Source: Alphaproteobacteria bacterium (GTDB lineage: Bacteria > Pseudomonadota > Alphaproteobacteria > Bin95). From it: a stretch of DNA of 64,000 nt. The notes below the pieces were generated by a model, which was given only the letters and a program-made list of their open reading frames with translations, did not search any database and was not told where the DNA came from. The stretch spans positions 1,088,001-1,152,000 of the forward strand of contig CAXXWS020000002.1 in NCBI GenBank assembly GCA_963665325.3. The letters run 5' to 3'. The position numbers and the translations under genes were made by a program. Positions 51,429 through 61,079 of this stretch are shown piece after piece (within the stretch, counting starts at the first letter, position 1; each line of letters opens with the position of its first letter).

Positions 51429-52129
51429 GCGGCTGGGTCTGCGGTGTCGGCGTCGGTCCCGGCGACCCCGAATTATTGACGCTGAAAGGCTTGCGTATCA
51501 TCCGGCAGGCCGATGTGCTCGCCTTTCCGGCCCCGCTCGAAGGGGAGAGCTTTGCGCGGTCCATCGTCGCTTCCTATCTCGACGACGCCCGGATCGAACT
51601 GCCGATCCGAATGCCGATGCAGGCCGCGCGTTTTCCCGCCCGGGCCGTTTACGACCGGGCCGTGCAGGAGATAGCGGCGCATCTGGAGGCCGGGCGCGGC
51701 GTCGTCGTGCTCTGCCAGGGCGATCCGTTTCTCTACGGCTCTTTCCTGTATCTGTTCGCCCGCTTGTCGACGGACTGGCCGGTCGAGGTCGTGCCCGGCG
51801 TGTCCTCGCTGACAGCCTGCGCGGCGGCGGCCGGTTCGGCGCTTGCGGCGCGCAACGATGTTCTTTCGGTGTTGCCGGCGCCGCTCGGCGACGCAGAACT
51901 GGAAGCGCGCCTGTCAGCTTGCGATACAGCGGTCCTCGTCAAGGTCGGACGGCATTTCGAGCGCGTCAGGTCGCTCCTCACGCGCCTTGGCCTCGGGGAC
52001 AGCGCCCGGCTGGTCGTGCATGCCGGACTCCCGGACGAGCGGGTTCTGCCGCTCGACCGTGTCGATCCCGCGGACGTGCCCTATTTCTCGACGATACTCC
52101 TGCACAAGCGGGGCAGGGCCTGGTCATGA
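51425..52129 (+). CDS. cobI: Precorrin-2 C20-methyltransferase
   Basis: GVGVGPGDPELLTLKG, GDPFLYGSF, PGVSS, PYFS. Confidence 0.95.
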   Translation: MSGWVCGVGVGPGDPELLTLKGLRIIRQADVLAFPAPLEGESFARSIVASYLDDARIELPIRMPMQAARFPARAVYDRAVQEIAAHLEAGRGVVVLCQGDPFLYGSFLYLFARLSTDWPVEVVPGVSSLTACAAAAGSALAARNDVLSVLPAPLGDAELEARLSACDTAVLVKVGRHFERVRSLLTRLGLGDSARLVVHAGLPDERVLPLDRVDPADVPYFSTILLHKRGRAWS

Positions 52130-53766
52130 CGGTCGCGGTAGTGCTGACCCCGCGCGGTGCCGGGCTTGCGGAACGGCTCGGATATGAGGCCGTGCCCCTG
52201 GACAAGATGGAAAGACGGTTTCGTTCCGGGGAGCCGATCGTCGCCGTGATGGCCGCCGGCATCGCGATTCGGCGTCTGGCGCCGTTGCTTTCCGACAAGC
52301 GCGAAGAGCCGCCTGTCGTCGCCGTTGCGGAAGACGGTAGCGCGGTGGTGCCGCTGCTCGGCGGCCATCGCGGCGCCAACCGCCTGGCCCGCCGGATCGC
52401 CCGGACGCTAGGCGTCCAGGCCGCCGTGACGACGGCAAGCGATGTCCTGTTCGGGGTTGCGCTGGACGACCCGCCTTCCGGCTGGACGCTCGCCAATCCC
52501 GAAATGGCGAAATCCGTGATGGCGTCCCTGATCGCCGGAGAGCCGGTGCGCCTTGAAGTCGAAGCGGGCGATGCCCGGTGGCTTGCGCCGCTGCCGTGGT
52601 CGAATGAGGGCCGGCTGGCGGTGCGCGTGTCCGACCGGTCGCTGGCTCCGAAAGAAGACGAACTGCTGCTGCATCCGCCCAGCCTGGTCCTGGGCGTGGG
52701 GCTGGAGCGCGGCGCATCCAGCGACCTTCTGCTTGGCCATGTTGCCTGGACGCTGGAGGCCGAGGGGCTGGCGCGGGCTTCGCTGGCCGCTGTAGCAACG
52801 CTCGACCTGAAGGGGGATGAGCCGGCCGTCGCGGCGCTCGAATTGCCGATGCGCCTGTTCGATGCGGCCGCGCTCGACCGGATCGAGGTGCCGAACCCGT
52901 CTTCCACGGTCGCAGCGGCAGTCGGCACCGCGAGCGTCGCGGAAGCGGCCGCGCTTGCTGCTGCCGGCGACGGTGCGGTTCTGGCTGTGCAAAAGCGGGT
53001 CGGCACGCGGGTCACCTGCGCAGTCGCGCGAATCGCGGCGCCGAAAGGCCGGCTGACGGTAGCGGGTATCGGTCCGGGCGCCCCCGACATGCGAACTGCA
53101 GAGGCGGAGGCCGCCATCGCCGACGCCACCGACATTGTGGGCTACGGTCTCTATCTCGATCTGGTTGCCGATCTCACCGGAAGCAAACGATGTCACCCCC
53201 TCGCAATCGGCAAGGAGAGGGAGCGCGCGGACCTCGCGCTTCAACTCGCCCGCGAGGGAAAGAACGTCGTTCTCCTTGCCTCCGGAGACGCCGGCATTTA
53301 TGCGCTGGCGGGACTCGCGCTGGAGTGCAGCGGCGGTGCTGTCCCGGTGACGGTGCTGCCCGGCGTCTCGGCCATGCAGGCTGCGAGCGCGAAAGCCGGC
53401 GCGCCGCTCGGCCACGACTTCTCCGTCATTTCGTTGTCGGATCTGTTGACGCCGCTTGAGGTCATCCGCGAACGCATCGAGGCTGCTGCAGCGGCCGATT
53501 TCGTCATCGCTTTCTACAATCCGGCCTCGAAAGAGCGCCGCCAGCCGCTTGAGGAGGCGCTGGCCATCCTCGCGCGGCACCGTGGGCCCGAGACCCCCGT
53601 TGTAAGGGCCCGCAATCTCGGCCGCGCGGACGAACTGGTGGCCGTCGAGACGCTGGCCGGCCTCGACCGCGAGGCGGTGGACATGACGACCGTGCTGATT
53701 GTGGGCAACAGCCGGACGACCCTCGTTTCCGGCAGGGTCGTGACGCCGAGGGGCTATCCGTTGTGA
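52126..53766 (+). CDS. cobJ: CbiG-CobJ fusion (cobalt-precorrin-5A hydrolase plus precorrin-3B C17-methyltransferase)
   Basis: N-half DKREEPPV, LLGGHRGAN, VTTAS, SVAEAAAL. C-half GIGPG, SGDAGIY, GAPLGHDF, YNP, TPRGY. Confidence 0.93.
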   Translation: MTVAVVLTPRGAGLAERLGYEAVPLDKMERRFRSGEPIVAVMAAGIAIRRLAPLLSDKREEPPVVAVAEDGSAVVPLLGGHRGANRLARRIARTLGVQAAVTTASDVLFGVALDDPPSGWTLANPEMAKSVMASLIAGEPVRLEVEAGDARWLAPLPWSNEGRLAVRVSDRSLAPKEDELLLHPPSLVLGVGLERGASSDLLLGHVAWTLEAEGLARASLAAVATLDLKGDEPAVAALELPMRLFDAAALDRIEVPNPSSTVAAAVGTASVAEAAALAAAGDGAVLAVQKRVGTRVTCAVARIAAPKGRLTVAGIGPGAPDMRTAEAEAAIADATDIVGYGLYLDLVADLTGSKRCHPLAIGKERERADLALQLAREGKNVVLLASGDAGIYALAGLALECSGGAVPVTVLPGVSAMQAASAKAGAPLGHDFSVISLSDLLTPLEVIRERIEAAAAADFVIAFYNPASKERRQPLEEALAILARHRGPETPVVRARNLGRADELVAVETLAGLDREAVDMTTVLIVGNSRTTLVSGRVVTPRGYPL

Positions 53767-54524
53767 CCGTGCATTTCATCGGCGCGGGCCCCGGCGCGCC
53801 CGACCTGATAACGGTGCGCGGTCTGGCGCTGGTCCGTTTGGCGCCGGTGGTGCTCTATGCGGGTTCGCTGGTGCCGGAAGAAGTGATCGCCGAGGCGCGC
53901 GCCGATGCCCGGGTTCGCGACACGGCGGCAATGACCCTCGACGAGATCGAGGCCGAATTCATGGCGGCAGACGCCGTTGGCGAGGATGTGGCGCGGGTAC
54001 ACTCCGGGGACCCGTCGCTGTACGGCGCGACTGCCGAACAGATACGCCGTCTCGACCGGCTGGGGATCGACTACACGATCACTCCGGGAGTGCCGGCCTT
54101 CGCCGCCGCCGCCGCCGCGCTCGGCATCGAGTTGACCGTGCCCGATATCGCCCAGACGGTCACGCTCACCCGGACCGCTGTGCGCGCGACGGCCATGCCC
54201 GACGGAGAGGACCTTGCCGCGCAGGCAAGGAGCGGCGGCACGCTGGCGATCCACCTGTCGACCGCAAATCTCGCCAATGTCGTCCGCACGCTCGGGCCGG
54301 TAATGGGGGAAGACTGTCCGGTTGCCGTGGTCTATCGCGCCAGCCAGCCGGACCAGCTGATCGTGACCGGCACGCTCGCCACGATACGGGAGCGCGTGAA
54401 GGCCGCGGGCCTTGCCCGGAGCGCGCTTATCCTGGTCGGCCGGGCGCTGGAGGCCGGAGGATTCAGGGAGAGTCGGCTCTACGACCCCGCGCATCATCAC
54501 GCATCGCGGCCGCGGCGGCGATGA
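53763..54524 (+). CDS. cobM: Precorrin-4 C11-methyltransferase
   Basis: HFIGAGPGAPDLITVRG, YAGSLVP, HSGDPSLYG, SRLYDP. Confidence 0.96.
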   Translation: MTVHFIGAGPGAPDLITVRGLALVRLAPVVLYAGSLVPEEVIAEARADARVRDTAAMTLDEIEAEFMAADAVGEDVARVHSGDPSLYGATAEQIRRLDRLGIDYTITPGVPAFAAAAAALGIELTVPDIAQTVTLTRTAVRATAMPDGEDLAAQARSGGTLAIHLSTANLANVVRTLGPVMGEDCPVAVVYRASQPDQLIVTGTLATIRERVKAAGLARSALILVGRALEAGGFRESRLYDPAHHHASRPRRR

Positions 54525-54915
54525 TCCGGCGCGTCTCGGACCACAGCCTGTAATCGTCGAGATTTTCCAGGGGGGTCCAGCGCGCCTCCGCCGCGTCGTC
54601 GCCGGCGACCGGTTCGCCGGCGACCCATTCGGCGGCAAAGTCGATCAGCGTGTAGTGGGAAATCGCGGCGCCGGTCTCGTCGCGGCTGATGCCGTCCACG
54701 ACATCGACGAGGCCGATCAGCGCAATTTCGACCCCGGTCTCCTCGCGAATCTCCCGGTGTGCGGCATCCCGGACGGTTTCGCCGCGCTCCTGCTTGCCGC
54801 CGGGAATGCTCCACTGGTCCTTGCGCGGCGGCTCGGCGCGCCGGATCAGCAGCACGTCGCTCCCGCGCAGGACGACCACCCCGACACCCACGACCGGCCT
54901 GTCCGCGCCCACCAT
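54463..54915 (-). CDS. NUDIX hydrolase
   Basis: Nudix box GGKQERGETVRDAAHREIREETG, plus GDDA. Confidence 0.93.
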   Translation of the reverse strand: MVGADRPVVGVGVVVLRGSDVLLIRRAEPPRKDQWSIPGGKQERGETVRDAAHREIREETGVEIALIGLVDVVDGISRDETGAAISHYTLIDFAAEWVAGEPVAGDDAAEARWTPLENLDDYRLWSETRRIIAAAAAMRDDARGRRADSP

Positions 54916-54933
54916 CGCCGCGCCTCTCGAACG

Positions 54934-55656
<723 letters not shown>

Positions 55657-55677
55657 TGCTTTGGTTCCCTGTGTTTT

Positions 55678-55719
55678 TGCGATGCACAAAAGATGGCAGT
55701 TTCATATTGCGTTGCAACA
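55678..55719. promoter_or_regulatory. Two PhaR-box-like sites upstream of phbB
   Basis: TGCGATGCACAA (55678-55689) and TGCGTTGCAACA (55708-55719). Both match the TGC-N3-GCA PhaR motif known from rhizobia. Confidence 0.65.
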
Positions 55720-55745
55720 TAAACTCCTGCTCACGTGGCATCGTG

Positions 55746-56930
55746 TCACGCTAAACCGTTCATCCAGGCCAGTAATGGCCGCCACACGCGCCGGGCCGCC
55801 GTTTTCGACGCCATCAACCCGATATGCCCGAGACGGGGGCGGCGCACGGTCGCATTGGGCAGGGCGCGCGCCAGAGCAAGCGCCGAGGCGGGAGGCACGA
55901 TGCGGTCTCCGGCCGGAACGACGACCCATGCTGGCAGCGTTGCGGCTTCGGGCCGGACGGGTTCGCCGCCGATGCGCCACTCTCCGCGGGCGGGTTCGTT
56001 GCGTCCGTACCAGCCTGCAAAGCATTCCTGGGCAACCGGCGTTGCCAGGGGCACGCCATCATTCACCCAGTCCTCGAGTTCCACAAAGGCGCGTTCCGCT
56101 TCCGAGCCGGGCTCAAGCTTGCCGAACGCCAGGTACTTGCGAGGCGTGAGCATGGGGTCGAGGGCGTAGAAACAGGTCTGGAGCGCGTCGACCGGCATTT
56201 CTCCACTCTCCGCCAGCATGTCCGCGAAGGTCGAGCCGGCGAACGCAAGCCGCCTCGCTTCCGGGCCGCCGCCGCCGTGGAAGTCCCAGGGCACGGCGAG
56301 AAGCGCCAGGCCGGAAAATGCCACGCGCCCCCGCATGACCATCGGGAGGGCCAGGAGCCCGCCCATGCAGTATCCGATGACGACCGGGGGCCTCCGCGAG
56401 ACGCGCGCCGCCTCGCGGGCGAAAGGCTCCAGAACGCTCTCGATATAGTCCGTGCAATCGAACCGGCGCTCGCGCTCTCCGGGGCTCCCCCAGTCGACGA
56501 GCAGGACACGCCAGCCTCGAGCCGCGAGCCACCGGGCGAAACTGCGGCGCCCGGACAGGTCGCAGACATAGTAGCGATTGACCAGCGAAGGCACGATCAG
56601 GACCGTCCGTTCGCCTTCGCCGTAGGAGATCAGGCGGGCCGTGCCCCGGCGCGCGAGGACCGGCTCCGTCTCGACCTCGCGCCGAAAGGGGTGGGCGCGA
56701 TAGCGGGCGATAGCCGCCTCGAAATCCACAAGGCGCTGAAGAGCCGCCTCCCCGACGGCCTCCGGAGGAACCGCAAGCCGGGAGGCTTCCTCAGCCAGGT
56801 CCGGGTGCCACAGCGGTCCGCTAGCAGGGCCCGCCGCGGCCGCCGCGGCGCCGCCGCCCCAAACCGCCGCCGCGGTCGCCATGTGCAGGGCCAGCGGCCG
56901 CGGGCCCATCCTTCCGCCCGTCAGACTCAT
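55746..56930 (-). CDS. PHA synthase (PhaC)-like alpha/beta hydrolase
   Basis: VPSLVNRYYVCDL, GYCMGG lipase box with Cys, EDWVNDG, DRIVP, GHIGL. Confidence 0.85.
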   Translation of the reverse strand: MSLTGGRMGPRPLALHMATAAAVWGGGAAAAAAGPASGPLWHPDLAEEASRLAVPPEAVGEAALQRLVDFEAAIARYRAHPFRREVETEPVLARRGTARLISYGEGERTVLIVPSLVNRYYVCDLSGRRSFARWLAARGWRVLLVDWGSPGERERRFDCTDYIESVLEPFAREAARVSRRPPVVIGYCMGGLLALPMVMRGRVAFSGLALLAVPWDFHGGGGPEARRLAFAGSTFADMLAESGEMPVDALQTCFYALDPMLTPRKYLAFGKLEPGSEAERAFVELEDWVNDGVPLATPVAQECFAGWYGRNEPARGEWRIGGEPVRPEAATLPAWVVVPAGDRIVPPASALALARALPNATVRRPRLGHIGLMASKTAARRVWRPLLAWMNGLA

Positions 56931-57042
56931 CCGGTTGCGGCGAAAACAGACCATCTGCTGTCTCCTGCCACCATATGAGGACATTTCTCTCCCAAAGTTC
57001 GAGAAAGTCGCTCGCCCGTTTGTTCTCTAGCCCTTGACTCAT
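56821..57042 (-). CDS. Small hypothetical protein upstream of the PhaC-like hydrolase
   Basis: 73 aa, helical ASDFLELWERN segment and a G/A-rich tail. Overlaps the downstream gene by about 110 bp. Confidence 0.4.
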   Translation of the reverse strand: MSQGLENKRASDFLELWERNVLIWWQETADGLFSPQPDESDGRKDGPAAAGPAHGDRGGGLGRRRRGGRGGPC

Positions 57043-57122
57043 AGAAACGAGATTTTACATTGGAACAAAGGGTTTGCACCCGCCGTAATTGGATAACGAA
57101 TTGTGATTGGATTGAGGCTGTC

Positions 57123-58430
57123 ATGATGCCTTCCCGCCCGGGCCGGGTTCGGGCTGCCCTCTTCGTCGATTTCGACAATGTCTTCCTCAATCTGGAGGCG
57201 GTCGATCCGCGCGCTGCCAAGCGGTTTGCCGAACAGCCGGGACGATGGATGCACTGGCTTGAGCGCGGTTACCATACCACCGGCGGCGGTCGGGAAGGCC
57301 GCACACGCCGCGCGCTGCTTATGCGCAACTGTTATCTCAATCCCGCGACCTTCTCCCGGTTCCGCGGCTTCTTCACCCGGAGCGCCTTCTCGGTTATCGA
57401 CTGCCCGCCGCTTACCGGAGGCGGCAAGAGCGGTACCGACATCTACATGGCGATCGACATCATCGATGCCATCGGCCACGCCACGCCGTTCGATGAGTTC
57501 ATCATTCTGTCGGCCGATGCCGACTTTACCCCGGTGCTGTTGCGTCTGCGCGCCCATGACAGGCGAACGGCTATCCTGGCCAATGCCGTCGTTACGCCCG
57601 CGCTGACGGCCGCCTGCAGCTACACCATCGAGCAGTCCGTGTTTATCGAGAGCGCGCTCGGAGACGCATCGACAGGCAGTCCGGTGGTATCGGCTTCGCC
57701 GGACGGGGCGCGCCCGCTCGCGTCGCGCCCCTTCACGCCCCGACCGTCGCTGACCGGCGACTATTCCGTGCTTCCCGAGGTTGCCACCGTCCTGCATGAG
57801 TCGATCGAACAGGACGGTCCGATTCCCGCCGCCGAGCTGCCGCACTTCTTCTTCCGTTTCGCCAATTTCCGAAACAGCGACTGGTTCGGTTTCCGGTCCC
57901 TGCGCCGTCTTGCCGAGGCGTTGACGACTGTCGATCCCATGCTGGAATGCGGCGAACCCGGCGAAGAATGGCAGATGGCGCTGCGCGAGACGCCGCCGGA
58001 GTCCGCTCCGGCAGAGGCACTCGAGTTCGAGTCGGCGACCGAGACCGAAGAGGGCAGCGAGGGGCTGCCTGCCCTGATCGAGTCGATCCATCATCTTGTC
58101 GGCGTTCCGGCGCTCGATCCGGACGGTTTCGACCTCCTCTTCGAGCATATGGCCAAGCTGTTCGACGAGGGCGTGACGGACCGGGCCGCCATGGTGCAGC
58201 TACTCGAGGAACGGGCCAGCGAGGAAGGAATGTCGCTGCCGCAGGATGCCGCGGAGTTCGTCACCACCGGGCTTTGGCAGTCGGGCTTCGACGTGGCTTC
58301 GGACGCGTCCGATCCGGACGTCGTCGCAAAGGCGTTCCGGGACTATATCGTTGTGCGCTGCGAACAGGCGCAGCGCCCTTTGAATGCAGAAGAGCTGACG
58401 CTGGTCGACGAGTGGCTGGTGGGGGCTTAA
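57123..58430 (+). CDS. NYN (PIN-like) domain protein with a putative LOTUS/OST-HTH C-terminal region
   Basis: FVDFDN, KSGTDIYMAID and SADADFTP acidic motifs; WFGFRSL helix motif. Confidence 0.85.
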   Translation: MMPSRPGRVRAALFVDFDNVFLNLEAVDPRAAKRFAEQPGRWMHWLERGYHTTGGGREGRTRRALLMRNCYLNPATFSRFRGFFTRSAFSVIDCPPLTGGGKSGTDIYMAIDIIDAIGHATPFDEFIILSADADFTPVLLRLRAHDRRTAILANAVVTPALTAACSYTIEQSVFIESALGDASTGSPVVSASPDGARPLASRPFTPRPSLTGDYSVLPEVATVLHESIEQDGPIPAAELPHFFFRFANFRNSDWFGFRSLRRLAEALTTVDPMLECGEPGEEWQMALRETPPESAPAEALEFESATETEEGSEGLPALIESIHHLVGVPALDPDGFDLLFEHMAKLFDEGVTDRAAMVQLLEERASEEGMSLPQDAAEFVTTGLWQSGFDVASDASDPDVVAKAFRDYIVVRCEQAQRPLNAEELTLVDEWLVGA

Positions 58431-58447
58431 CGCCGCCTGTGCTATGC

Positions 58448-58459
58448 TGCGCTGCAACC
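58448..58459 (+). promoter_or_regulatory. PhaR-box-like site upstream of phaR (autoregulation)
   Basis: TGCGCTGCAACC, 24 bp before the phaR ATG. Confidence 0.55.
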
Positions 58460-58483
58460 CGAATCAGTTGAGGCGGCACCACC

Positions 58484-59062
58484 ATGGCTGCTAGCAAGGA
58501 TGAGGCGCCGGTTCGCATTCGGAAATATGCGAACCGGCGCCTCTACAACACCGGTTCAAGCAGTTATGTGACCCTTGCCGACCTGGCCCAGCTGGTCCGC
58601 GATGGCGTCGAGTTCACCGTCGAGGACGCCAAGAGCGGCGAGGACCTGACGCGCGCGACCCTCACCCAGATCATCGTCGATGAAGAGCAGAACGGCGCAA
58701 ACCTGCTGCCGGTCTCGCTGCTTCGCCAGATCATCTCCATGTACCGGGACAATATGGGCTGGATTCTGCCGGCCTATCTGGAGCAGTCGATGGAGTGGTT
58801 CGGCGCCAATCAGGAGGCCATGCGCCGCGAGGCCGAGCGCACTTACGGGCCCGGCCTTTCCTTCGGCTCCCTTGACGATATCGGCAAACGCAACCTCGCG
58901 CTGTTCGAGCAGACCATGCGGTTCTGGAATCCCTTCGGAACGGCAAAGCCCGAGCCGGAGGAAGGGCCGCCCGATGAGGGCAGCGAGCTACAGGCAATGC
59001 GCGGCGAAATCGCCCGGATGCAGGAGCGGCTGGACGCGCTGGCGGGGAAGCCGGAAGAGTAA
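58484..59062 (+). CDS. phaR: PHA synthesis repressor PhaR
   Basis: IRKYANRRLYNT..SSYVTL, DAKSGEDLTR, LLPVSLLRQII. Confidence 0.96.
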   Translation: MAASKDEAPVRIRKYANRRLYNTGSSSYVTLADLAQLVRDGVEFTVEDAKSGEDLTRATLTQIIVDEEQNGANLLPVSLLRQIISMYRDNMGWILPAYLEQSMEWFGANQEAMRREAERTYGPGLSFGSLDDIGKRNLALFEQTMRFWNPFGTAKPEPEEGPPDEGSELQAMRGEIARMQERLDALAGKPEE

Positions 59063-59079
59063 CGGGCCGGGCCCTGCAA

Positions 59080-60228
59080 TCACGGACCGCCGTAAAGCCA
59101 GGCCATGCCCTCGCGCAGTTCCGCGGTAGAAAGCACCTGGTTGCGCAATTCGCGGCGTATCCCTTCGGCGTGATAAATCTCGCCCATCATCCGCGCCGTA
59201 AGCTGCACCCGGGCCGTGCGGAGATAGCGGGCCTTTGTATAGGAGCGGAACGCCCGCTCGACATCGGTGTCCGCAGCGAGGGCGTCCGCCAGCGATACCG
59301 CATCCTCCATCGCCATGCAGGCGCCCTGGGCCAGGTACTGGAGCATCGGGTGCGCCGCATCGCCGAGCAGGCAGACCCGCCCGCGCGACCAGTCGGCGAC
59401 CGGCTCGCGGTCGCAGAGCACCCACATCCGCCAGGTCTCGATCTTTTCTAGGAGCGACATCGGTTGCGAAGAGACGCCGGCAAACCGCTCCATCAACTCG
59501 CCCGGGTCACCTTCACTGTCCCAGCCTTCCACATACCGGTCCGAATGGAACACAGCCACCAGGTTGAACAGTGTCGAGCGCCTGAGCGGGTAATGGACCA
59601 GATGGTTGCGGGGCCCGGCCCAGAGCGCCGCCGCATTCCAGCGCACCGCTTCCGGCACCTCCTCGATCGGCAGCACGGCCCGGTAGGCGATATGTCCCGA
59701 GACATTGGGCGGACCGTCGCCGACGACGTATTCGCGCACCTTCGACCAGAGGCCGTCGGCGCCGACGAGGAGCGCGCCTTCCCGCTGTCCGCCGTCCGCC
59801 AGATGGGCCCGGACGCGGCCGGCCAGGTCCTCCACCGAGACGACCTGCGCATTCGTCTCGAGCGTCACGGCTTCCGCCGCCTCGCAGGCTTCCAGCAGCG
59901 TGCGGTGGAAGTCAGCCCGATGCGTCACGGCATAAGGCGCGCCGAAGCGTGTCCGGAACGCATTGCCGAGATCGCCCGTCACGACGGTTTCCCCGGTGAG
60001 CGAGTCCATCATCAGCAGCCGGTCCACGAACACGGCGTCGCGCGAGATGGCCTCCTCGATGCCCAGCCGCTCGAACATGCGGAAGACGTTCGGGCCGAGC
60101 TGGATGCCGGCGCCGATCTCACCGAAGGCCGGCGCCTGTTCCAGCACATGGCTGGCAAAGCCTTGCCGTGCAAGCGCCAGCGCTGCCGCGAGGCCGCCGA
60201 GGCCGCCACCGACGATCAGCGCGGTCAC
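59080..60228 (-). CDS. FAD-dependent monooxygenase (3-hydroxybenzoate 6-hydroxylase-like)
   Basis: GGGLGG, EIGAGIQLGPN, GADG, GDAAHPMLQYLAQGA. Confidence 0.88.
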   Translation of the reverse strand: MTALIVGGGLGGLAAALALARQGFASHVLEQAPAFGEIGAGIQLGPNVFRMFERLGIEEAISRDAVFVDRLLMMDSLTGETVVTGDLGNAFRTRFGAPYAVTHRADFHRTLLEACEAAEAVTLETNAQVVSVEDLAGRVRAHLADGGQREGALLVGADGLWSKVREYVVGDGPPNVSGHIAYRAVLPIEEVPEAVRWNAAALWAGPRNHLVHYPLRRSTLFNLVAVFHSDRYVEGWDSEGDPGELMERFAGVSSQPMSLLEKIETWRMWVLCDREPVADWSRGRVCLLGDAAHPMLQYLAQGACMAMEDAVSLADALAADTDVERAFRSYTKARYLRTARVQLTARMMGEIYHAEGIRRELRNQVLSTAELREGMAWLYGGP

Positions 60229-61052
60229 AACCGGATTGCCCAGCGGTCGAGCAGCGGCAGAACCTCGTCGGCCCCGGCGCTCGGCAGGTTGAAGACGACA
60301 CGCGCGATGCCGGCTTCGCGCCAGGCGTCGAGCCCGGCGGGTTCGTCCTCCACGCCGAAGACGGTAATCGGCACGGAGCGCCCGGCTTCCGCCTCCATGG
60401 CGCGGAACTCGGGCAGCTTGTCGAGCAGGTGGTAGGTCGGCCTTTGTGCATGCGGCACCCAGCCGTCTCCCCAGGCGAGCGCCCGTCTTGCCCCATGCGG
60501 GAACTCGCCGCCGACCAGCACGGGCGGTCCTCCGGGCTGCGCAGGCTTCGGGCGCGAACGCATCGGTCCGAATGACAGATGGCGGCCCGACCAGGAGGCT
60601 TCCTCCTCGCTCCAGATGGCGCGGATGGCGGCGATACGATCGCGCAACACCGAAAACCGGCCTTCGAAAGCGGTGCCGTGGTTCGCCATTTCCTCCCGGT
60701 TCCAGCCGCCGCCGACGCCGAACAGGAAACGCCCTTCCGACAAGGCGTCCAGGCTGGCTGTCTCCTTCGCCAGTTGGATCGGGTCCCGCTGGGCGGCGAG
60801 GCAGATCCCGGTCGCTACCCCGAGGCGCTCCGTGGCGGCGGCGGCCATGGACAGCACGACGAACGGGTCCGCCACATCGACATATTTCTCCGGCAAGGCC
60901 CCGCCCTGCGGCCAGGGCGATGCGCGGTCCACCGGGATGTGGGAATGCTCCGGCGCCCAGAACGACTCGAAACCCCGTTCCTCCAGGGCACGGCCGAGCG
61001 TCGCCGGGCGCATGGAATAGTCGGTAACGAACATGGCTGCGCCGAACAGCAT
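60225..61052 (-). CDS. LLM class (putatively F420-dependent) oxidoreductase
   Basis: EERGFESFWAPEHSHIP, DPFV, GGWNREEMANHG, PKPAQ. GTGA overlap with the monooxygenase. Confidence 0.87.
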   Translation of the reverse strand: MLFGAAMFVTDYSMRPATLGRALEERGFESFWAPEHSHIPVDRASPWPQGGALPEKYVDVADPFVVLSMAAAATERLGVATGICLAAQRDPIQLAKETASLDALSEGRFLFGVGGGWNREEMANHGTAFEGRFSVLRDRIAAIRAIWSEEEASWSGRHLSFGPMRSRPKPAQPGGPPVLVGGEFPHGARRALAWGDGWVPHAQRPTYHLLDKLPEFRAMEAEAGRSVPITVFGVEDEPAGLDAWREAGIARVVFNLPSAGADEVLPLLDRWAIRL

Positions 61053-61079
61053 GGGGCGAACCTCGCTCCGCTTCGCTAG

